Part shown: piece by piece, positions 19,339 to 27,717 of the stretch
Layout: every line of letters starts with the position of its first letter
Position numbering within the stretch: position 1 is the first letter of the stretch
NCBI GenBank assembly: GCA_902547925.1
Contig: CACCQD010000001.1
Location: 26,557-90,556, forward strand
Direction of reading: 5' to 3'
Length of the DNA stretch: 64,000 nt
Source of the DNA: an uncultured SAR116 cluster alpha proteobacterium
GTDB taxonomy: Bacteria; Pseudomonadota; Alphaproteobacteria; Puniceispirillales; Puniceispirillaceae
Notes under the pieces: model-generated
The model's database searches: none
The model's input: the letters and a program-made list of their open reading frames with translations, nothing else
What the model was told of the DNA's origin: nothing
Made by a program: the position numbers and the translations under genes

Positions 19339-20519
19339 ATGGCGCCCGCCTCCTCAAAGGCTGCTATTTCAGCCTCGCTATACTCACATTCAGCCAAAAT
19401 TTCGCGCGTATGCTGGCCCAGCTTTGGCGGTGGGCGGCGGATGGTGGGTTCGGACTCGCTCATGATAATGGGTTGTCCGACGATCTGAGTTGCGCCGCGT
19501 TCCTGGCTGTTCATATCCCGGGCAATGCCCAGATGCACGACCTGAGGGCTGGAAAAAACCTTGTCGATGCTGTTGATCTCCCCGCATGGCACGCCGACCT
19601 TGTTGAGGCGGGATATCCAATTATCAGACGTGTCAGCGCGGGTGTTCTCACTGATAAGTGCATTCAGCGTGTCGCGGTGCTCACTACGGGACTCGGCTTG
19701 GGCATAGATATCCGCGTCCAATCGTGGATCACCAATCTCGTCTTTCAAACGCAGCCAGATATGTTGCCCCGCGGCAGCGATATTAATATGACCGTCAGAT
19801 GTCTCGAACACACCGGTTGGGATTGATTTGGGATGGTTGTTGCCAGCCTGATGCGGCACCTCACCATCCATCAGCCAGCGTGTGGCCTGAAAATCAAGCA
19901 TGGCGATCTGCGCCTGCAAAAGCGAGGTTTGCACCCATTGACCAGTGCCCGTTTTTTCCCGGCCAAGCAAGGCCAGCAGCACACCCTGCGCCGCAAAACC
20001 ACCAGCCGTCAGATCCGCGATTGGAATGCCGACGCGCATTGGCCCCTCACCCGGCGCACCGGTGATCGACATCAATCCGCCCATGCCCTGGGCGATCTGA
20101 TCAAATCCGGGACGTGTGGCAAGTGGTCCATCCTGGCCAAAACCAGAGATTGACGCATAAACGATGCGGGGATTGATCGCCTTGATCGTCTCATAATCAA
20201 GGCCGAGGCGGAATTTTACGTCCGGCCTGTAATTCTCGACTATGACATCGGCGTTGGTCGCCAAACGCTTGAAAATGGCCACACCGGATTCATGTTTCAG
20301 ATTAAGAACGACCGAACGCTTGTTGCGATGCAGGTTCTGGAAATCCGAGCCATCACGTGACCCACCCATATCCGCACCCGCCGCATTTGGCGCCTCAATC
20401 TTGATTACATTCGCGCCCCAATCAGCAAGCTGCCGCACACAGGTCGGCCCGGAGCGAACACGTGTCAGGTCAAGAACGGTGATGTGTGACAGGATATCGC
20501 CAGCAGGTTCAAACGCCAT
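19335..20519 (-). CDS. Family III CoA-transferase (CaiB/BaiF type)
   Basis: 394 aa. N-terminus VLDLTRVRSGPTCVRQLADWGANVIKIE and block VIVENYRPDV are typical of family III CoA-transferases. Confidence 0.88.
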   Translation of the reverse strand: MAFEPAGDILSHITVLDLTRVRSGPTCVRQLADWGANVIKIEAPNAAGADMGGSRDGSDFQNLHRNKRSVVLNLKHESGVAIFKRLATNADVIVENYRPDVKFRLGLDYETIKAINPRIVYASISGFGQDGPLATRPGFDQIAQGMGGLMSITGAPGEGPMRVGIPIADLTAGGFAAQGVLLALLGREKTGTGQWVQTSLLQAQIAMLDFQATRWLMDGEVPHQAGNNHPKSIPTGVFETSDGHINIAAAGQHIWLRLKDEIGDPRLDADIYAQAESRSEHRDTLNALISENTRADTSDNWISRLNKVGVPCGEINSIDKVFSSPQVVHLGIARDMNSQERGATQIVGQPIIMSESEPTIRRPPPKLGQHTREILAECEYSEAEIAAFEEAGAI

Positions 20520-20582
20520 TTTTTCCTCGGTAACTGTTCAGATTCTGTCTCTGAAATCCAGCGACACCTCTGACTGTAAAAA

Positions 20583-20592
20583 TTGTATACCA
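20583..20592. promoter_or_regulatory. Putative GntR/FadR-type operator, site 3 (TTGTATACCA, 9/10 match)
   Basis: Lies in the divergent promoter region, 64 nt from the CoA-transferase start and about 105-125 nt from the MatB-like start. Confidence 0.5.
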
Positions 20593-20697
20593 AATTAAGA
20601 AGCTATAGCCCGGCCTGTCAATCGCCTTTGCCCGCGGCCTTTTGGAAGCATTGAAATTGATCTACGTTGTGAAACAGGGTAAATCTGCTGCCGTAAA

Positions 20698-22221
20698 ATG
20701 CTTGGGATGGGTTCAATGACAAATACTCTTTATGATGGGGTTTTCGCGCCCCATGCCGTTAGCAAGAAGGTTTTTTTGTTCACACCCAAAGGTGAGGTCA
20801 GTTTCGCCGCCTTCACCCAGATGACAAACCGTTTGGCCAACTGCCTTGTCGAAAATGGCATGCAACCCGGTGACAGGGTGGCGGTGCAGGCGGAAAAATC
20901 AGTCACACAGCTGGCGCTCTATGCCGCCACTATCAAGGCGGGCGGTGTTTATTTGCCGCTCAACACCGGGTATACACCACATGAGCTAGAGTATTTTGTT
21001 GGTGATGCAAAGCCGACGATTGTCGTTTCTGCCAATGGTGTCAGCGCGGCTATTGCGCCGCTGACGGAGGGCATTGGGGCATCATTATTGACGTTGAATG
21101 CCGATGAGACCGGAAGCCTCACCCAGCAAGCAGACACGGCCTCGCCAGAGTTTGTGACCGTTGCGCGTGGCAGTGAGGATCTGGGGGCTATTCTCTATAC
21201 TTCAGGAACAACTGGGCGATCCAAGGGGGCAAAGTTGTGCCACCGCAATCTGTTGTCAAATGCCGAGATATTGGCCAAGAGCTGGCAATTTAGCAGCGAT
21301 GATGTGTTGCTGCACATGTTGCCAATCTATCACACCCACGGGCTGTTCGTCGCCAGCAACCTACTCTGTATGGTGGGCGGCAGCATGATCTTCCTACCAA
21401 AATTCTCCGCTACTGATGCGCTGGACTGGATGCCGCAAGCCACCAGCATGATGGGGGTTCCGACCTTTTACACGCGGCTCCTCGATGCCCCCGAATTTAC
21501 CCGCGAGGCTGCGAGCCATATGCGGCTGTTCATTTCCGGTTCTGCGCCCATGTTGGCCGAGACACATGTCCAGTTTGAGGAACGCACCGGCAACAGGATT
21601 CTCGAACGCTACGGTATGACCGAGACCAATATGAGCATTTCAAACCCTTATGAGGGCGCACGCGTCGCCGGCACCGTGGGCAAACCTCTGCCCGGGGTCG
21701 AGATTCGCATTGCTGATGCCAAAACAGGCGCGCCCGTTGCAGCTGGCGAAATTGGAGTCATTGAACAACGCGGCGACAACGTGTTTTTAGGGTATTGGGA
21801 AATGCCTGAAAAGACAGCTGAGTCTTTCCGTGATGATGGGTTTTTTATCACTGGCGATATGGCGCAACAGAATGCGGATGGCTACATCACCATCGTTGGC
21901 CGGGACAAGGATTTGATCATTTCTGGCGGTCTGAACGTCTATCCAAAAGAGATCGAGGGTCTGATTGATGAATTTGATGGCGTTCTGGAATCAGCGGTAA
22001 TCGGCGTCCCCCACCGAGATTTTGGTGAGGCCGTGGTTGCTGTTATCGTATCGTCCGATAGCCCTCTTGATATCGATGCCATCCGTGCCTCACTCGCCGG
22101 CAGGATTGCAAAATTCAAACAACCAAAGGCGATCATACTGGCAGACGCCTTGCCAAGAAATACCATGGGCAAGGTGCAAAAGGCTGAATTGCGGAAAACC
22201 CATGCAGATCTGTTTGCCTGA
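20698..22221 (+). CDS. AMP-dependent acyl-CoA synthetase, malonyl-CoA synthetase (MatB)-like
   Basis: 507 aa. AMP-binding motif ILYTSGTTGRSKGA and MatB-like N-terminal region GDRVAVQAEKS...GGVYLPLNTGYT. The true start may be ATG 20716 (MTNTLYDGVF). Confidence 0.85.
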   Translation: MLGMGSMTNTLYDGVFAPHAVSKKVFLFTPKGEVSFAAFTQMTNRLANCLVENGMQPGDRVAVQAEKSVTQLALYAATIKAGGVYLPLNTGYTPHELEYFVGDAKPTIVVSANGVSAAIAPLTEGIGASLLTLNADETGSLTQQADTASPEFVTVARGSEDLGAILYTSGTTGRSKGAKLCHRNLLSNAEILAKSWQFSSDDVLLHMLPIYHTHGLFVASNLLCMVGGSMIFLPKFSATDALDWMPQATSMMGVPTFYTRLLDAPEFTREAASHMRLFISGSAPMLAETHVQFEERTGNRILERYGMTETNMSISNPYEGARVAGTVGKPLPGVEIRIADAKTGAPVAAGEIGVIEQRGDNVFLGYWEMPEKTAESFRDDGFFITGDMAQQNADGYITIVGRDKDLIISGGLNVYPKEIEGLIDEFDGVLESAVIGVPHRDFGEAVVAVIVSSDSPLDIDAIRASLAGRIAKFKQPKAIILADALPRNTMGKVQKAELRKTHADLFA

Positions 22222-22225
22222 CAGT

Positions 22226-23131
22226 TTATCCAACAAAGTGTTGGCTTTTCTCACGCCATAGGATGAACACTGACGAGAGCACAATGACGATGCTGCCGAC
22301 AAAAATTTCAAAAGTCAGAATTTCACCAAAGACCATTATCCCGGCGATGATGCCGAACGGAACCGAGAGATAGCGAAACGGCGCGAGCAGGCTGGCCGGG
22401 GCAAGCCGGTGGCTGAGTGCAATGAAAAACTGCTGAAAGCTTGACAGAGCGCCAATCAGCACGAGTATGACAAGACTGGTCTGATCCATCGGCATCCTTT
22501 CACCTTGCCAGACAAAGAGCAGCGCAAACAGCATTGCGCCAGCGCCATTGTACCAGATGGCGGTGCTTGCTGGGTTCTCACTGCGGCCTAGCTTGCGCAG
22601 CATCACCAGCATCAGAGCCCCAAAAAAGGGAGCCCCAAATCCCAGCATCACACCCAATGGCGACCAGCCGTCAGCACCCGGGCTGATGACCACAATCGCG
22701 CCCCCAAAACCGACAATCACCGCCGTCCACCGGCGCCACCCAACATGTTCACCAAGCAGAAATGGCGCAAGGAAAGTGATAAACAAAGTCAATGTCTGAA
22801 ACAGCGTTGTGACCTTGGCCAGCGCCATCAGATCGAGCGCCGCATAGAAACAGGTCAGGCTACTCAGCCCCGCGATAATCCGTGCGGCCAAAATGCGATA
22901 TTGGGAGACAGCGAATGCGGAATGCCCATGCTGAAAAATCGCGACAAGGATCAAAAGTGGCAGACACAGCGCATAGCGGAACATCAGAATGGTGATGATT
23001 GAGAAATCTGGAGTGATAAATTTCACCAGCACTGAAATACCCACAGTCAGCAGGATTTCAGCGATTCCAATGGAGACTCCGAGGGAAATGTTGGGATGGC
23101 GATCAGACTGTTCTGCAGCATCCACCATCAC
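22226..23131 (-). CDS. DMT-superfamily (EamA-like) permease
   Basis: 301 aa with about 10 hydrophobic segments in a two-EamA-repeat architecture. Lies downstream of the dehydratase gene on the same strand. Confidence 0.8.
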   Translation of the reverse strand: MMVDAAEQSDRHPNISLGVSIGIAEILLTVGISVLVKFITPDFSIITILMFRYALCLPLLILVAIFQHGHSAFAVSQYRILAARIIAGLSSLTCFYAALDLMALAKVTTLFQTLTLFITFLAPFLLGEHVGWRRWTAVIVGFGGAIVVISPGADGWSPLGVMLGFGAPFFGALMLVMLRKLGRSENPASTAIWYNGAGAMLFALLFVWQGERMPMDQTSLVILVLIGALSSFQQFFIALSHRLAPASLLAPFRYLSVPFGIIAGIMVFGEILTFEIFVGSIVIVLSSVFILWREKSQHFVG

Positions 23132-23161
23132 AATGAACCAGAACGAGGAGTGGGTGTCACA

Positions 23162-24334
23162 TCAGCCCTCAATGTCGAATTGATCGACATATTTATCTGA
23201 AATGCTGGTCCCAAGACCCGGCAGCGTATCATCCAGATCGAGGTAACCATCAACAGCGTCCGGATCACCATCGAAGATATAGTAGAAGAGTTCATTGCCA
23301 ACCTCGACATCAAAGACCGGGAAATACTCGCTGATCGGGCAATTGAAATTGGCCATCGTAAGGTGATAATTATGCATTTGTCCGGCATGTGGAATCACCG
23401 GAATCTGATGCGCCTCGGCAACCGCGTTAATCTTCTGGGCGGCGGTAATGCCACCGACACGGTTGGTGTCATATTGCAGAACGCTGACGGCCTTTTCCTG
23501 CAACAGCTGTGCACAGCCAAGCAGCGAGAATTCATGCTCGCCACCGGAAATCGGTATAGGCCCGCGGTTGAGTTCGGCATAGCCCCGCAAATCATCGGCG
23601 ATCACAGGTTCCTCGAGCCAACGCGGCTCAAATTTTTCAAGCTTGGGAAGCATGCGACGGGTGTAATCAAGGTTCCAGCCCATATAAGCCTCAAGCATGA
23701 TATCGGTATCATAGCCGATCACCTCGCGCACCGCCTCGACGCGCTTCAGATTTTCCCGCATCCCAGTCATTCCGTCTCTCGGTCCGTAGCCAAAGCGTGT
23801 CTTGAAACCAGTATAGCCATTTTTCAACGCCTCTTCGGCTTCTGCCTGCATGGCCTCGATCGGCCCCGCATAAAGCTTCGAATAATAGACTGGGATTTTT
23901 TCCTTGGTACGCCCCCCGAGAAGTTTGAAAACCGGCTTGCTAGCCAGCTTTCCCATGAGATCCCAGATGGCAATATCTATGGCTGAAATAGCAACCATGC
24001 CAACACCCTTGCGCCCCCACGCATGGGTGCGGCGGTACATTTTTTCCCAGAGATAGGCGTAATCAAACGGATCCTCGTCAATCACCAGCGGTGCATAGAA
24101 TTCGTCAATGGCTTTTTTCGTCAATGATGGGGCAAGCGCCGCATTGCCGATGCCAACAGTGCCGCAATCGGTCGTGATCTCACAGGTGAGCCACTGGTGA
24201 AAGCGGAAGGAACTCATCGCATCACCCCTCTCCCAAAGCGCGTCTGATGCATTGGTACAGAAATTTCCCTGTGGCGGAACGGTTGGCCCTTTCCAGTTCC
24301 AGACGCGTGCCCTGACCGACATTATTTTTGCCAT
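23162..24334 (-). CDS. Enolase-superfamily acid-sugar dehydratase, L-rhamnonate dehydratase-like
   Basis: ORF 23162..24355 has a TTG start. Preferred start is ATG 24334 ([12 protein letters not shown]) with AGGA upstream. Blocks [27 protein letters not shown] and EEPV; long N-terminal capping region as in the RhamD group. Confidence 0.82.
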   Translation of the reverse strand: MAKIMSVRARVWNWKGPTVPPQGNFCTNASDALWERGDAMSSFRFHQWLTCEITTDCGTVGIGNAALAPSLTKKAIDEFYAPLVIDEDPFDYAYLWEKMYRRTHAWGRKGVGMVAISAIDIAIWDLMGKLASKPVFKLLGGRTKEKIPVYYSKLYAGPIEAMQAEAEEALKNGYTGFKTRFGYGPRDGMTGMRENLKRVEAVREVIGYDTDIMLEAYMGWNLDYTRRMLPKLEKFEPRWLEEPVIADDLRGYAELNRGPIPISGGEHEFSLLGCAQLLQEKAVSVLQYDTNRVGGITAAQKINAVAEAHQIPVIPHAGQMHNYHLTMANFNCPISEYFPVFDVEVGNELFYYIFDGDPDAVDGYLDLDDTLPGLGTSISDKYVDQFDIEG

Positions 24335-24376
24335 ATTCCTGTCACTCCCCCCCAATACGATCGTCCGTCCTAAATT

Positions 24377-24386
24377 TGGTATACCG
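24377..24386. promoter_or_regulatory. Putative GntR/FadR-type operator, site 4 (TGGTATACCG, 9/10 match)
   Basis: 43 nt upstream of the dehydratase ATG at 24334, in non-coding DNA between that gene and tRNA-Leu. Confidence 0.5.
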
Positions 24387-24469
24387 TTTTCGCAGGCGGC
24401 AAATCAAGATTAAATCTTGGTAGGCATTTTGTGGTCGCTGTGATATGCACTTTTTACTCTACAGGCTCG

Positions 24470-24554
24470 GCGGGCGTGATGGAATGGTAGACATAACGGA
24501 CTTAAAATCCGTGGGCCCTAGGCCGTGGGGGTTCAAGTCCCCCCGCCCGCACCA
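24470..24554 (+). tRNA. tRNA-Leu, anticodon UAA
   Basis: Hand-folded cloverleaf. Acceptor stem GCGGGCG/CGCCCGC. Anticodon stem ACGGA/TCCGT with loop CTTAAAA (anticodon TAA). Long variable arm typical of Leu. T-arm GGGGG-TTCAAGT-CCCCC. Encoded 3' ACCA. Confidence 0.92.
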
Positions 24555-24708
24555 CCCAGCAGATGGGCCGACGGGGTTCGGCATCAATTTCCTCTTGGTG
24601 AAACGCCATAGCGCCCATATTAATATTGCTGCTCATGCGCAAAATGGCCTAGCGTGATGTCGGGATATCAGGACGAAGTTAAATGTTTATTCAGGGAATT
24701 TAGAGATT

Positions 24709-25416
24709 ATGAAAATTACAGGTAAGAAAGCCATCGTCATTGGCGGCACCTCAGGAATTGGTTTGGCGACAAGCATCAGGCTTGTCGAGATGGGAGCAAG
24801 CGTTGTTGCCGTCAGCCGCGACCCCAGCAAAGCTGGCGAAGTGGCTGCCGGCATTCGCCTCGCCGCGCTGGACACTCGTAACGAGAGCGATGTGCAGGCC
24901 TTCTTCGGGGCAGAGGGCAAGATTGACATTCTGGTTAATTCGGCAACAGGTGGCTCACGCGCCTTCGGCCCTTTTTTGGAAATGGATATGCAAGGCTTTA
25001 AAGGATCATTCGACAAGCTTTGGGGCTATGCCAATGTTGTTCGCCATGGTGCTCCACATATCGCAGATGATGGTGCCATTATTCTGGTGAGTGGCAGCCC
25101 GGCACGCAGGCCAAAGCCCGGCCAGATTGCCCTGTCTGCTGTTGGCGGTGCTGTCGAGGCGCTAACACGGGCACTGTCTGCAGAAATTGCACCAAAACGG
25201 ATCAATGTTGTTTCACCCGGGATTATTGATACGCCGATGGTCGCGCTGAGCGGTGAGGAACGCGATAAGCATTATCAGAACGTTACCAAGTCGCATTTGA
25301 TCGAGCGGGCTGGCACTTCTCAGGAAATCGCCAGCGCGATTATCTTCGCCATCGAAAACGACTATGTTACAGGGACGACAATCGATGTCGATGGCGGTTG
25401 GCTGACGGCGCAATAG
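24709..25416 (+). CDS. Short-chain dehydrogenase/reductase (SDR) family oxidoreductase
   Basis: 235 aa. N-terminal Rossmann motif VIGGTSGIGLAT and C-terminal GTTIDVDGGW, both typical of SDRs. Confidence 0.85.
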   Translation: MKITGKKAIVIGGTSGIGLATSIRLVEMGASVVAVSRDPSKAGEVAAGIRLAALDTRNESDVQAFFGAEGKIDILVNSATGGSRAFGPFLEMDMQGFKGSFDKLWGYANVVRHGAPHIADDGAIILVSGSPARRPKPGQIALSAVGGAVEALTRALSAEIAPKRINVVSPGIIDTPMVALSGEERDKHYQNVTKSHLIERAGTSQEIASAIIFAIENDYVTGTTIDVDGGWLTAQ

Positions 25417-25423
25417 CCACCAT

Positions 25424-26617
25424 CTATTGGTCGCGCAGATAGGTGATAGTGACACCAAGCTGTTCCAGCGCCAAATCGGGCATGATCAGAAAGCCCAGGA
25501 AATTAGACAAGATAACCGGCTGCTGGGGACGCACTGAAACCTCCAGTCCTCCGCCCTGTTTCAAAAGGGTTTCCAATGGCCTGGCCATGCGCCGCCCATT
25601 GCGCGGCAATATCCCTTCCAGGGTCTGTGCCAGCATCAACCGCAAACTGCTCCGCATCTCGGCTGGGCTGACATTTTGCTCCGCCGCCATCACGTCAACC
25701 AAAGTGTCGACCAGCCCGTCATCAAGGTAGGTCGCATTTAAACTGGCCAGTTCAATGCCGCCAATCAGATTGAGCATCTCACTTTCTTTTGCCCTGCCCT
25801 GCGCTGCCATGCTATCAAGCGCGACAAGGGTGGCCAGCTTGACCTCAAAACCTGAGACCAACTCCAGGGAAGCCATTTCATCCATTATCAGATTAAACGC
25901 GTGTTCAGTGCGCAGCTCACCACCTGCAAAATTGGCAATTTGTGACACCGCAAAATCAAACTCTGCCGCGCGCAAGCCGCGCGCCCCCAGGGTGTCGGCA
26001 AGCTCTTTGAACTCCGGTTTGACCGTGCCAAGGTCAAAACGCAAATCATCAATCAACAGCCCGCCATTTCTGGCATAACGCTCGCCCGTCGGGAGTTGGT
26101 CAAAGACAAAGTCCAGCGTCTCTACATTGCCGACAGTGACCGTGGCCAACTCATCGGTGAATTCGATCCCCCGAACCTGCAGAAAACTGTCATCAAAAAA
26201 GCCGGTTGCACCAGCGTCAAAGGAGGCGTTCCTGACCGGACTATGCCCGCCAAGCAACACGCCAAAATCCACATTTCGAGCAATTGCGCTGGAAAAACGT
26301 AGATCCTTGCCGGAAATCTCTGCATTGATTACCTCAAGGGATTTGACAAAAAAACTGCCTTCATCGGGCTGACCGTCGGTTTCCAGATCAATATGATCAG
26401 CTGTCATCACCAACTTATTATCGACGAAATAGGAGACTCCCTGCATCTCACCGCTGTACCGCCTGATGTCAAAATTGCCTGATTCGAAGGAAATCCTCTG
26501 CGTCTCATCAATATCGATGGATATCTGCGCCGCTACACCGGTCGCAAGAAAGCAAGCAAGCATAGCGCCGGATCCTAGAAACAATGGTCGCCAGCAGCGA
26601 GACACACACCCTGTCAT
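25424..26617 (-). CDS. Hypothetical exported protein
   Basis: ORF 25424..26710. Preferred start is ATG 26617 (MTGCVSRCWRPLFLGSGAMLACFLATGVAAQ, signal-peptide-like) with GAGGAG 9 nt upstream. I recognise no family motif. Confidence 0.65.
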   Translation of the reverse strand: MTGCVSRCWRPLFLGSGAMLACFLATGVAAQISIDIDETQRISFESGNFDIRRYSGEMQGVSYFVDNKLVMTADHIDLETDGQPDEGSFFVKSLEVINAEISGKDLRFSSAIARNVDFGVLLGGHSPVRNASFDAGATGFFDDSFLQVRGIEFTDELATVTVGNVETLDFVFDQLPTGERYARNGGLLIDDLRFDLGTVKPEFKELADTLGARGLRAAEFDFAVSQIANFAGGELRTEHAFNLIMDEMASLELVSGFEVKLATLVALDSMAAQGRAKESEMLNLIGGIELASLNATYLDDGLVDTLVDVMAAEQNVSPAEMRSSLRLMLAQTLEGILPRNGRRMARPLETLLKQGGGLEVSVRPQQPVILSNFLGFLIMPDLALEQLGVTITYLRDQ

Positions 26618-26778
26618 TATCAACATCTCCTCTCTCAAACCTTGCCGATAAGTAAAACGGCCTTTGGGGCTGCGATGATCACAACGAATTCCAAACACTT
26701 GGTCTTCCATTTAGGCGAAATTGTAATCATATATAAGTTTGTCTAAAGTAAGGCATTCGGTACAAGTAAAAAGCCACC

Positions 26779-27717
26779 ATGTTCTTTTTTCCACTCTTTG
26801 ACGATAATCCAACACGGCGCCAGCCCTACGTGTCGTGGCTGATTATTGCCAGCTGCGTCATTGTCTTTTTCTGGCAGGAATCACTTGATCCCGCGAGTGA
26901 GCGTGAGGCCATATTCCAACTTGGCTTCATTCCAGCCAACGTCAGCGGTATCGCGCCACTTCCAACTGATTTTGCCCTGCTGCCAGCTTGGATGACCATC
27001 TTCACCTCCATGTTTCTGCATGGTGGTTGGATGCATATCGGTGGCAACATGCTTTATCTTTGGATTTTTGGAGACAATGTCGAGGAATCAATGGGGCGGT
27101 TCAAATTCGTCCTGTTTTATGCGCTTTGCGGGATTGCAGCGGCACTTGCGCAATCTGCCGTAGATCCAGCATCGCGGATCCCAATGATCGGCGCATCAGG
27201 GGGCATTGCCGGCATTTTGGGCGCCTATCTGATGCTGCATCCCAAGGCAGCGATTCGGACCTTTGTACTGATAATCATTTTTGTCAGATTCATCAACCTG
27301 CCCGCATGGATCGTTCTCAGCATCTGGATTGGCGGCCAGTTCGTCGCTGTGCCAAATGCACTTGCCAACGATGGTGGGGGCGTAGCTTATTTTGCGCATA
27401 TTGGCGGTTTTGCCGCAGGGATGCTTCTGATTCCATTTTTCAAACGGCGGGTTGTGCCGCTCTTTGGCCGCGATGACACGCCTCCTCAGAACTGGACAGG
27501 ACAACCGATCAGCTTTTCCACCATCAAGGCTGAGGCGCATCACCGGTATCGGTCCGGCCGGGGGCGGGACCAGTTGGGCTCCCGGCGGGTCAACCGGCCA
27601 GCCCCTCCAGTGCAAAACGACAGTAAAACGGACGAAAAACCCACTAAACGGGTAGCGCGTGGATCCGTGCCAACGGTGAGACGACGTCCGGCTGAAAAGC
27701 GTGGTCCCTGGGGCTAG
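26779..27717 (+). CDS. Rhomboid-family intramembrane serine protease
   Basis: 312 aa. Motifs HGGWMHIGGNMLYLWIFG, GASGGIAG (GxSG catalytic Ser) and AHIGGFAAGM (catalytic His), followed by a basic Pro/Arg-rich C-terminal tail. Confidence 0.88.
   Translation: MFFFPLFDDNPTRRQPYVSWLIIASCVIVFFWQESLDPASEREAIFQLGFIPANVSGIAPLPTDFALLPAWMTIFTSMFLHGGWMHIGGNMLYLWIFGDNVEESMGRFKFVLFYALCGIAAALAQSAVDPASRIPMIGASGGIAGILGAYLMLHPKAAIRTFVLIIIFVRFINLPAWIVLSIWIGGQFVAVPNALANDGGGVAYFAHIGGFAAGMLLIPFFKRRVVPLFGRDDTPPQNWTGQPISFSTIKAEAHHRYRSGRGRDQLGSRRVNRPAPPVQNDSKTDEKPTKRVARGSVPTVRRRPAEKRGPWG

Noticed and set aside
23363-23986. A 207-aa plus-strand ORF.
   Set aside because: It lies entirely antisense to the RhamD-like dehydratase gene and has no recognisable motifs.
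24470-24554. The idea that this tRNA could be a nonsense suppressor explaining the in-frame stops elsewhere.
   Set aside because: The anticodon loop reads CTTAAAA, so the anticodon is UAA. That decodes the Leu codons UUA/UUG and not a stop codon. A suppressor would need CUA, UUA or UCA.
24445-24657. A 70-aa ORF overlapping the tRNA region.
   Set aside because: It is fully explained by the tRNA-Leu gene, whose cloverleaf folds cleanly.
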